Below are positions 39,515 to 51,400 of a stretch of 64,000 bases of DNA, one piece after another; the first letter of the stretch is position 1; every line of letters starts with the position of its first letter. This DNA comes from Callorhinchus milii. Lineage: Eukaryota. The stretch lies in the NCBI RefSeq assembly GCF_018977255.1, contig NW_024704743.1:26104001-26168000 (forward strand), read 5' to 3'. The notes beneath the pieces were generated by a model. That model made no database searches, had not been told where the DNA came from, and saw only the letters and a program-made list of their open reading frames with translations. The position numbers were made by a program, and so were the translations under genes.

Positions 39515-39922
39515 TAATCCTTGCATATAGTATCTTATCACGTCATCAAAGTGTCTCAAAGTGCCTCACCGGATTTTACTGTAAATTGTAGTGACTGTAT
39601 TTGTCAGCAAACTCAGCAGCCAATGTACACACAGTAATGTCCGACAAATAGCCATGAAGTGAATGATGAATTTTATTTGGGATTGTTGACCAGTACTCTT
39701 CTCTTTTTGAATAGTGCCATGGGATCTTTAATATCCACCTGAGCAGGCAGACAGCACCTCAGGTTAACATCTTATCCAAAAGATGGCAGCTCTGACAATG
39801 CAATACTCCACTAGCATTGCACTGGAGTCCAAACGAGATTGAGTTCAAAGTCTTAGCATGAGGCTTGAAGCACAACCTTCTGACTCAGAGGCAAGAGTGC
39901 TACAAACTGAGCCAGATTGATG
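39515..39922 (-). mobile_element. SacSINE1-like DeuSINE
   Basis: Reverse complement aligns with 49722-50147. Confidence 0.78.
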
Positions 39923-40484
39923 CTCATCTTTTTGGGGAGTTAGTCCGGTGTCTAACACATGCAAAAACTCATCACCATGCTTAATCATAACCAAACCAGA
40001 CAGATTTCCACATATGTATGTGACCTACGCATGGAAATGTTCCTATATTGGAAGGGAATGCAGAATCTCTCCTTTATTCTGGATAATATTTGTTTGTTGG
40101 CTTGCTTGGCAGTGACTTTTACAGATTTCACCCAATTATTTACTACAATTGTTAAATATTCATTTTTGTTTACAAGCACAAAGTAATATAAATCACTGGG
40201 ATGGGACCATTTCAGAGAGTGAAATTAATCGCAATACCCATTGAAAAAAATAGATCTGTGCTTTTATGTGAGATGTTGGGCGAAGCTTTCAATGAGTGTC
40301 AACTTTGGTTATGTTAGCTATGATGGGATTTCCCATTATAATCTTGGATAACGCTTTACAGAATTTTGACCCCCTAGTAGGTGAAGTTTGTGGTGTTTCA
40401 TAATCTGTTCCTTGTGTCATTTAACACAAGAAACTTTACCCTATTGTTGCTTAACATCACAATCTAAGTGGGGTTCACAACACC

Positions 40485-40712
40485 ACCAACAACAAAATTA
40501 CATTTGTACAGTGCCTTTCACATCGGGAGGACGTCCCAAGGCGCTGAACAGTCAGGGGTCAGGACCCGAGCGTGGGGGGTTGGGATGAGGGAGGGCAGAG
40601 GGGCTAGTAGGGTGGCCAAAGGCACAGTCAAAAATGAGGGTCTTGAGTCGTGCCTTGAAGGAGGCAAGAGAGGGGGGAGCAAGGTGAAGGGATTGTGGGA
40701 TGGAGTTCCAAA
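40485..40712 (-). mobile_element. L2 3' tail fragment
   Basis: Close match to 36872-37105. Confidence 0.85.
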
Positions 40713-41405
40713 GAGTAAGTGAGAAATAAGTGAGGTTTGATCATTTTTGTACATTTACATACTGGCTCCAGCCCTAATGTTTTACATGATGATCTTATCT
40801 CTAAATTATTACCTCATTGTGAAGGAAATTGCCTGTCTAGGAATAAATGTAAAATAATAAGATAATTAAACCTTGATGAAGTTCATCAAACTACATCGTT
40901 GTTAAGCCCTCTGAGACGCTACCCCACATGAAGGACAATGTATGAATAAATGCAAATTGTTCTCATCCACTTGACCCCACAAGGAAAAAACTGTACACAT
41001 GTTAGTCTGAGGCTGTGAAGCTAAACTAAAATATCACAAGGAAAATTATTCATTATGGAAGTCAAATAGACATGATTATGCAGACAATCAGTATGATGTT
41101 TGTATTGTTTAGCTTTGCATCCATCACCCACGCAGTGTGGCATTCAATCCACGTACTCCTTATGCGCTTAGCTATTCCATAGTCTGCTGTATGGAGTTGT
41201 GCCTTGTGGCTTTATATCTGGTTTGTCTGCAGTTATTAACATTCATTTGAAAATGACACTGTTTGAGATTTATATCTGAACTAAGTATTTTATCTTTGAA
41301 GTTAGATATCCAATGTTATCAACCTATCTGTCACCCAAAAACGTAGCTTTCATTTACAATTGTTACCCCCACACACCTTTAAGGCCTCCTTCCATTTCTA
41401 CACAA

Positions 41406-41423
41406 ACTACAGTTCCCATGATG
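41406..41423 (+). promoter_or_regulatory. ZNF143/SBS-type promoter motif with ACTACA extension
   Basis: ACTACAGTTCCCATGATG, about 830 bp upstream of the ZDHHC11 ATG; CCAAT/ATTGG pentamers adjacent. Confidence 0.5.
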
Positions 41424-42239
41424 ATTGGGAGCTTAGTGCGTCTCCCAATGCAGTAACTCACAAAGCCTCCTACGCTGTAGACTGCAAAAAGTGAAACTGC
41501 AGCATGAATGAACTGTCATAAGAGAACTTTCCGATTGTAAGACTCGAGACAACTGCTTTAAAATGAAGACATTTTCCGTTTCTGTGATAATCCCACATAC
41601 ATGACTCACAGAGTGTCACCTTTAGACACATCCTACACTGGTCTGCAAATGTCTCTTATACCTCCTTCAGATACGAAGTGGGGGTTAAACGTGATGGAAG
41701 CAGATCATAAATTATAAAACATTGTGGGGTGGCAGTGAAGGGTGCTGTTGCACATGGCTCTGCTGTGGATGCCTGCTGTTCACACAATTCATAATAACTT
41801 GAAGAAGATAGTTTCTAATAATTATACAATTTTCTGATGATACCAAGTGACCTGATCAGGTGAATAATCCAAGGTCAGTCGAACAGCAGTGAAAAAGATC
41901 TAGAGGAATTAAACAGATGGGTCCAGGAGTGACCATTTCCATTCTGAATTTCCATTCAGACCACTTCAAAAACTAACTCTTCTGGAAATCGAAAGGAGAT
42001 TTAGAAATGCTGGCAAGAACGTCCAAATCTTAATGCAGAAAACTTAAATCCAGATGAAGTTCCCAGATTTTGACATCAATTCCATTACGGGAATTTCACC
42101 TGCACCTTATTGTTTAAACGCACAGCCACCTGGTGAATTTATGAATGAACGCGGCAGTTAATACAATGTGGAAAATGAATTATCTTGAGGATTACAAAAA
42201 AGGTTAATGGTGTCCTTTTGTTTCTTTCCCTTTCCTCAG

Positions 42240-42461
42240 ATGAATTGTTATGACAGGAGATTGCGGAAGACAGGGCCTGAACGGGAGAACAGCAGAAATG
42301 ATCTAGTTGCTCCTCCAGCTCGCTCACGGGTTAATGGCTGGACATTGCCTCTTCACTCATTCCAGTTGATCGCCTGGGTGCTGTACGTGTACCTAGCTAC
42401 AGTCGGCTTTGGAATTTACATACCGTTGTTGCCATACAATTGGAAATACGTGGGTTATGCT
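42240..42461 (+). CDS. ZDHHC11: ZDHHC11 coding exon 1 (MNCYDRR...WKYVGYA)
   Basis: ATG directly follows a polypyrimidine tract + CAG acceptor; 74 codons; ends at the GTATCCTTT donor. Confidence 0.93.
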
Positions 42462-45400
42462 GTATCCTTTACAGAATGTGATTGAGTCAACTTATCGTGC
42501 GTGTTTGTTGCACCAATATCTTTTCCACTAATTACCTTGAGTTTCATTTTCTCTGGATAAAAGAAGATGGGGTGACATTTGTGGCATTTTATAGTGAATT
42601 CAACCCATTATCACCTACAAAGTACACAGTCAGTACACTGCCCACTAACAATCCTGCGAAACCCTTTCAGATGTTCTGTCGATGTGATAAGGCAAGAATC
42701 AAATGCAAGAATTATTATTATGAAATCCTGCTAATTTGTTTCTGTTAATTGTCACCAGTCATTACCGAGGCAGCATTTAATGTACCTTCACAACATACTG
42801 ACTGAATTCAGTATCATGACTGTGTTTAAATGTTAATTGCAAGTCAGCTTTTAGCATGGAGGTTTTCCTCAGTTGCTAATACTGTCCTGAAGCTGGTTGG
42901 GAGAGGAGGGGTCGAGAGGAAGACACAGCAACAACTCTGACAATAGTAGTGAGGTTATAAAATATCCAATGAAAAGCATTGATGGATTTTGAAAATAGGG
43001 TCTGAAGCTCTTTGTTCAACAATCCATCTTCGCTCACTAAGCAAATGTCATCACTTTTTCATACAAAGGTTGTTAATAGCGATAGAAAATAATCCAGCAG
43101 GTCATTCATTTGATTTATATTGTCTTGCATTGTCTTATATTGCAACTATGCAAGCAAGTTTAAACAGAAGCTTTGAACAAGATCTTTACTGGGTTTACAA
43201 GATTCACGAGCCAGAACAGAGGCAGTTTCGTCTGTAGATATTTGGTATATTGAAGGACCTTAAAAATCATTCTAAGAATTAATTAAAGGAGAGTGAGGGA
43301 GAGTTTAGATAAGAATTGCGCTGAGTTAAACTGAGAATAAGCATTGCACATTTGTAGATTGTTAGGAGATTGGGAGCTTTGCAGGGGGATGGGGCAGAAA
43401 GGGCCAAAGACTGAGCAGAGAAGATGTGTGTATTTGGATGAGAGATGGCTTAGTGATTGACGACTGAAGAGGAAGACTTAAAAACCTGAAAGGTAATTTT
43501 TTTCGGCTGAAAAAAATAGTAAAATAAACAGTTGTGAAGATGTAAGGGAGCCAGAAGGAAGAGAAACAATCATTTGTCTGTTTTGCTGTCCACCTAGTAT
43601 TTCCTGTTTGCCATTGAACAGGATAGAGATAATGTACTTCTGTTTTCTTACAACAGCTATCTGCACATTAATAACTACACTTTAACTGGCAAATTAATGT
43701 GTAAACCTTTCTTCAAAGCAAAAATAGTTAAAAAGAAAACACTATGGTCAAAAAGCTGCATTTGTCAAATTTTGTTAGTGCTAGTAGGCAAGGAATTGAA
43801 GCACAGGCTTGTTATTCCAATTGAAAAAGCAATCATTTTATTACTTTAAATGGGAAATTTGAGAACGACAAAAGATTATTATATAAAAGATCCCTTTATC
43901 ACCAGAGAGATATCGTGCAGTATATATTTTTCCATCTTCCATTCATTTACTAAAAAACGTTTAAACCTATTCTCCTAATTTGCCTCTAAATAATTATTTT
44001 GAGCAATGTGCTTAAAACAGTTTTCATTGTCTTCCCCTTACTGTCAATCTATCTCTGATTCTGTTCCTTAACTCTTAACATATCTAGATAATTGGCCTGA
44101 TATTTGTCTTTCACTTTGTCGTTCACTTGGTTGCTGTTTCCATTGACCCTGCTGACAACAGTGTGCGTGCCAAAAAGAATTACAACACTCCCATGCCAAT
44201 GTTTGATCGGACTAAGCATCCTCATGTCATTCAGAATCTACACTGCTACCTGTGTGAGGTGGATGTGTATGTATTGCCATATTTGTATTCACAGAATTAA
44301 TTCTAGGTGTTCGATTTTAACCGGTTCTCTGAATGTTGAGCACTAATGGACTATGCATATTTTGGAGGAGGAGGGATATTATACTCACCTTAATGACAAC
44401 AATTAGCAAAACCTGTATTCTTTTTTGGCTTGTTGTCGATTTGATCTCGATAAATCATTTCAATTTGTGTTCTTTGGTATAAGTTGTGTCCCTCCCAAGG
44501 TATCTCAGATGTGTTGGAAGTTATTCATTGCTCAGTGTGCTCTATGTTTCACATTCGTTGAAGTTAACTAACTCCTAATGTGGCAAGATTTGGCATTGTA
44601 CGCTCATCAGTGATTCAAATGCAGTATTCAATGCACGGATATGAACTTATCGAGCACCTTTTTACAAGCACCTTTCACATTTTGTAGTCCTTTATAAAGA
44701 CTATGATCACCGAGCTCAGTCACTTACAGCTTGAATATTGTGCTACTGATGGAAAACACACAGTCATTAACGGAAAACACACACGAGTGTCCCAAAACAC
44801 TTTACAGTATGTCCTGTAAAGCACTTTGGGATGCTCTCCTGATGTGAAAGATGCTGCCACTAATGTAAGGATTGTTGTTGATGATTTGAAGAGAGAACAC
44901 ATTTGTGAAATCTATTAAGCAGAGGACAGTAGCGCTAAGGTCATACCAACAAATGTCTGAAAGAATCGTTTGCTTTTCTAGGGGATCAAAAGCCAAACAT
45001 TGCAGTTCCTGTAACAAGTGCGTTTCTGAATTTGATCATCACTGCAAGTGGCTGAATAATTGTGTGGGAGCAAGGAACTACTGGTGAGTTGAGTGGCACA
45101 TAAGCATTGACTTGTTGTGAATCCAGGGTGTTTTTTTTAATCAATTTTGTGTGGCACAAAGCAGATGAGGAAGTTGGGATGTGGTAGGGATTTCATGCAA
45201 AAGTGTTTTAATTTTCATTATATTTTTGCAGTTAAAAATATAGTAAAATAATCTTTTCGGAATTATCTTAAGCTACACCTTGGTGGCGGGTTCTTTGCCA
45301 ATATGTGTCAGCTCAAAGTAAGATTGCAATGTGTATGGCACCAGCACTATCTGGCACTTAGCTGTGAATAGCACTTGGAGCAGCTGCGGTGGAATCATTG

Positions 45401-48400
45401 GGGTCAAGATTGTGGTATTCCTAAACACATTCATTCCTGATTTAAAGGACAATGACGAAATGTGTTTGGAAATTCCCTCCTTCCCTGACTTCTGAATAAT
45501 AGCTGAAGTCAACAAAAAATCTTGAGATCCCAAATAGCAATGCTTTCAGCTGTCGCTTTACAGGATGTCAATTTGTATAATTTCTGAAAAGTGCACTGAA
45601 AGGACCCAATCTGAGATACAAAATTGCTGTTAAAATATGTCAAGAATCATGCAGGCTTTGAGGTCTCACCTGCCAAAGTCCCTGTTTTATTTTCAGGCCT
45701 TGCTTGTTGTGAACCCAGCAAGATGAACTGAATACTCACCTGATGTGAAATTTTGACCTATTTATAACATAACGATTGTTTGTAAATCATTGGTGTAGAT
45801 CACTAACAAATATGCAGTCACTATACTTCACATGGAATCCTGTAAAGGTGTTTGAGACGTTTTCAAGGATGTGATAAGTCACTATGTCAAATGCAAGGAT
45901 TATTATTAAACATTTCATTAATAGCACATTAAGGATTATATCATTTCGGATCCTGGAGGCAGCAGGTGAAACAATTCCTATTCCCATTGAAAACAACAGA
46001 AGCTAATGAGTAAAATTCGGACATTGTTATGGATTCACTGCAGGTTTTATGTGACGTTACTCACCCAGGCAGGGTTCTTTTTAAAGCTTCTTTCCTGTTC
46101 TGTTTTTGCAGTCTGACCGCATTTTTCTTGTCCAGTATTTCTAAGCTTGAGCAACCCATTTGGTCCTAAATGATATTCCTCTTTTGTGCTAAAAAAGCAG
46201 ACTGGAGGGCTACCCTATGTGAGGGGCACTATATAAATGCAAGATGATGTTGTTGTTGTTGAAAAAGTGTCCCTAATTCCTAGGAATGTTACAGCCACTG
46301 TCAGAATCTGTTGGAATGATGTTCTGTTTTATTTTCGAGAGGTACTCAAATTTTCTGGGGGGTACTTTTATTACCCGTCAATATGTTGCAGTTTCTGATG
46401 CTGTTTGTTCAGATTTGTGTGTTCTAAAACATTTGACATGATAAGGTGCGATATCAATACCAAGGATTTTTTTTCATGAGGTTAGCTTGAAACCATTAAA
46501 TCACTGTATCTATTGGTTTACAGACCCACAAGTGTTTTAGAACACATATATCAGCAATAATATCATGGGTTTATTAGTGTTCAGCTGAACAGGCAAAAAG
46601 ATCTCAGATTAATGACTTATCCAAAGGACGGCTGCTCTGACAATACCACTCTCCCACAACACTGCATTGGAATGTCTTTCCAGACCATGAGCTCAGAATC
46701 CCTGAAACAAACCTACAGCGGATGGAAAGACAGACAAATAAGCAGCCTAAAGAAAGCATGTAAATTACCTATCTAGAAAAGGTGATCTGCTGTGTCCTAC
46801 TGAGGAAGTAATAAAAGGGCATGATCATTTGTCTTGTGTCATAGGATCATAGAACAACTCAGGAAGCCAATTCAGCCCATTATGTCTAACTAGCTCCCCC
46901 ACTGGCGCTATCTACGCTAATGAGCAATTTGGGACGTCCTCTGGACGTGAAAGGCGCTATACGCTAAGTGGAGTCCTGTAGCTCAGTGGTTAGAGCACTC
47001 GCTTTGCAAGCGAGAGACCTGAGTTCAATTCCAGGCAGGGCGAAACCTTGGGCAAGTTTCCTTACTCCACACCCCTAATAATAATCCCTCCAAAACAAAA
47101 CAATAATAAATTGGTCATTTTCAATCTATGACTGTTTGTGGGACATTGCTGTGCGCAATTGGCTGCCGCGTTCGCCCACAAATATACAGTCAATTCACTT
47201 TACAGTGTGTTCTGTGAAGCGCTTTGGGACGTCCTCCCGACGTGAAAAGCGCTATATCAAATGCAAGGATTATTATTATACAAATGTAATTTTGTGGTTG
47301 TTGTAATCCTATTTCTCTTCTCCTTCCTCAAACATCACCAGGAGCTCTGTTCCACAAAGGATCTCTACAAGAGCCTAATTTAGTGATATATTTGCCCTTT
47401 CTATTAGATATTGTTTGTAGCACTACAGTAAGAGCCGTAGATGCACTCTGTATCACAGCCTTTGGAGAAGGATGAAAAGCACATCATAAAGAATACTATT
47501 GGGATTTATATGGCTTTGCAGTAACGAAGGAATGCAATGCATATTTGAGTCTCCCAATGGTTTAGTACATTTATCACAGAGCTCCGAGACTCTATCCTGT
47601 GTGCAGGGCACTATGTTCCTGTTAACCCTGCAAATCAAAACCCTAATGGGTAAAGTGATCCTGGCTGGATGAGCAGTGGGAAGCTTGCCAGAATGTGCTC
47701 TCAATGCAAGCTATGCAGTTTTAGCTGGTTAGGCTCCAGCAGTAACTCAATGTATCCTCTGGTATCCCTAAACCTTGGCTCTTGTCAACCTGTGCTTCTG
47801 GATTTAGGTAAGAAGGGTGCATCCCTCTAGGGAGAGAGTGCGCATTCCATTCCAGACACTGGAATTTCCAATGTGTAGGTGACATACATGGAACTCTGTC
47901 TGATTTGGATTCTCTTAAGCATAGTGTTGGGTTCCTGCCTGTATCAAGACACCCGGGTGACCATAAATAAATAATGGCCACTTGCGCCAGTTACTGGAAG
48001 ATGCCCGACACTTACAGAGCTGTATCCCACTAGAAGGAAAATCAAGAGGTCAGACAAGTTCAGGACTGGAGGGCAGGGAAGGGCGAGGGAAGCAGTGAGT
48101 GTTCTACTGGGAATAATAGAACATCCGAGAATCTTTAGTGGAAGGCTACTGCATTTAATGATTATATTCATAATATGTGCCCAGAAGCTACTTAACTAAT
48201 TTTGCCCTGAGACTAATCTGGATTATCTTTCCAGTAAGCTTCTTTTTCCCCTTGTGTTGTGATTTTGCTCCTGTTGTGCACTGTTACTGATTTAGCCATA
48301 ACTGGTTCCCATAGGAGCTGTTCTGGCACAGTAACCTGGTAACCATGAGTAGGGCTCGTCAGTGCTGCTGAAGAGTCTGGAAGGAGAAAATATCGACGAT

Positions 48401-51400
48401 CACATCAGTAACCGAGTAGAGAGGGAGATCTTTTCTTTCTACAAGAAAACCACATGTTCACTGCACTGTTCCAGTAAATCCGGCGAAGCACTTTGAGATG
48501 CCCCCCCCCACCTGCCCCCCCCCCCCCCACCCATCACGAAAGGGGTTGTATCAAATGCAAGGATGATCATTATTGTTACTTTTTATTATTGTAAAGAGCA
48601 ATTCCAAATGAATGTAATCCAGTCTAGCCTTGCATTCTGCTACGTACAAACCCAAACTGCCTTTGCGTGGATTTACTGTAACCAGGAACGGATTGTCTTA
48701 ATGGGAAATAGGGAAATTTCCCGAGTGCCCCCATGAATGGTTTCCGATACTTACCAACATCCAAGTGAGTGACAGCTTCGATAGCCAATCACCGCCCAGA
48801 TCCTGCCCTCCTGTTTAAGGCCCAGCAAAGTGTTTAAACACGTGGAGATTTTATGCTGATTTGGTGGATCTCTATCTTTCTGCCTCTACCCCTCGATTCC
48901 AGGACCGCTGCTGTTTTGAGCAACTGCCTGTCAGACATCAAGTCCTCCAGCTAAATGTCAGCAAGACCGAGGCTCTCCTGTTTGGCTTGGGAAAGCACCT
49001 TCTTAATCCAGGTGCCGACCACATCAATCTATATAGATGCACACTTCAACTCACAAAGCCACTCCAAAATCTCGGTGTCTTGTTCTATGCTCAAATGTCC
49101 TTATAGCCCATACATCCAGAACCTCACTCGGTCAGCTTTCTCCCATCTCTGCAACATCGCTCACATCCACTAAGACCGTTATACTCACCTTCATCACGTC
49201 CAGGCTTGACTATTCGAATGCATGCTCACTGAACCCCCATCTCCTCTCAAGACAAGTTGCAGACTATTAAGAAATGCAGTCCAAGTCCTTTCTCTGTGAG
49301 CTTATCACTCGCTCGCCACTGGCTCCCATCACCCAACAGATAGAATTCAAGATTCCTGTCCTAATGTTCAAATCTTTCCAACCTACCTCTGTGATCTCCC
49401 GAAGCCCTACTGCCTTTGCTTGGCAAACACTGGCCTGCTTCATTACCTCTGTTTGGTCTGCTTCATGTCTTCCACCTATTCCATCTCACCTTTGGTAGGT
49501 GAGGTATCAGCCATAAAAATTCCAGCAAGTATTGATGGACAGCACTGGGGAGCTTGGGAACAGTTCACCAACATGTTATGTCAAACACAGTTCTTGCACA
49601 ACTAGAGAGGAAACTGATTAAAAAGGGAAACCAAGACTAGGCATTAGAGAACATTGGTGTTGAGCTGCATTTTATCTTGAATTCCTGCAAAAACAAATTT
49701 CTGTCATCTCACCGTATCTGTGTGTCAGCCTGGTTTAGTGATAGCACTCTCGCCTCTGAGTCACCAGGTTGTGGGTTCAAACCCCACGTCAGGACTTGAA
49801 ATTACAGTGTCTAAGCTGACATTCCAATGCTGGGGGTGTATTGCATTGTTGGAAGTGCCGTTCTTTGGATGAGATGTTAAACCGAGATGGACATTAAAGA
49901 CTCCATGGTACAACAGTATTCGAAAAGAGAAGGGAGTTTCTCCTGGTGTTTTGGCCAACAATCCCCCAAATAAAATTGTTCATTCACTTTGTGGCTGTTT
50001 GTGGGACATTGCTATACAAAAATTGGATGCTGCACTTTACCCAGAAAATACACAAGTCACTTCGCTTTACAATATATCCTGTGAAGCTCTTTAAGATGTC
50101 TTGACAATGTGGTAAGTTGCTACATCAAATGCAAGCATTATTATTATCTGCTGCAAAGTCGAATTGTGAATGGGAAACCAGTTGTGAGACTGTGCCGAAT
50201 TTACCCACGTCTAAAATGTTTTTCTTTCCTCAGGTTTTTCTTTTACACTGTGGTCTCGGCAGTCCTTGGCATCCTGCTTCTAGTGCTTGTGGTCCTTTAC
50301 GTTTTCATCCAACAGTTTGTGAACCCTGCACAACTACGCACTGCTCCTCAGTTTAAAAGTACGTCTGTTTGAGTTTCATTTCAAGGGTCACACTTGGATT
50401 AGCATTATGCTTCCTTTCTGCAGTTGCAAAGAAAAACATATGGGACTGCCATTGTTCATGGTTCTTAAATGAGCTCATTCATCAGTGTAGAGCACATGAG
50501 GCTGAGTTGACCTTTAGAATTTTTTTTCTCTTTCTCCATACACTCATCAGAATTTGAAGGGCTTATGCTCTCCATCCAATTGAAAATGCATTCAGCGAGA
50601 CACTAAATTTGATCTATCAATCTATTTTAGTTTGTTTTTATGAGAGAAGGATCATTCTCCTCCTGTTCACCCAGCGCAGTGAAATTGTTGTTATGGATAA
50701 TTATTCTCCTCTATTTGGTAGGTTTAGTGCATTTGCCCCTGTGTGCTTATAAATAAATAAAATGCAATTTTAAATATCTATTTCATTTCGATTTGTGTTT
50801 ACAGTATTGTTTTTGATTTAAAATTGCAATAACAGTACAATTATTGTTAAATCAACAAATTTGTGTCAATTGTCAAACAGAGCACAATAATAGTTAGCTC
50901 ATATCAACAAACATGCTGTAGTATACGGTAACCCCCGAAAGGGCTTCCCCAAATGCCTGTGTGGATAAATGAACTCTGTGATGCAGTACTAAAGCCTACA
51001 TAGGAACATAGAACATCAGGAACAATCCTGCACTTTATAATCTCAGCTGAATCCTTTGCTAAAAATCTTCCTAGTTCCTTCTTGAATTTTTTTGATACAA
51101 CATGTTTCCACCCTTCCCTTGGTCATCTATTCCACATCTTTGTTATTCCCTGCAAACAGAGTAATGAACGCAGTCCAGGAGGTTGGCAGGTTTGATTCCA
51201 ATAATCAAGTCAAATTGAAAATTCACACTGGCTGTTTTTCACTATGTGCCAACGTCCTTACATGGTGTGTGCAACTCAGGCAGCACACAGGCAGAGGCAT
51301 CTGATTTAAAAGCAAGCCTGAATTGGACAGAGGGAAAGAAAACTCTTTTTGGCATATCCTTAGGCTGCATTCTTACAAATGACCCAAAGGTACTAGGATA

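Noticed and set aside
1..42000. Exons of genes that neighbour ZDHHC11 in human (BRD9, TRIP13, TPPP)
   Set aside because: I found no translated segment resembling them by eye; absence is not proven without a translated search.
42207..42485. ORF-track start at 42207 and stop at 42485 as a stand-alone small protein
   Set aside because: 42207-42239 is a polypyrimidine tract/acceptor and 42462 onward is intron; the real unit is exon 42240-42461.
46970..47045. tRNA-Ala gene (also at 16111, 28485-28559, 52445-52521, 57730)
   Set aside because: Acceptor and T stems are imperfect and each copy continues into a common SINE body and tail; these are SINE heads.
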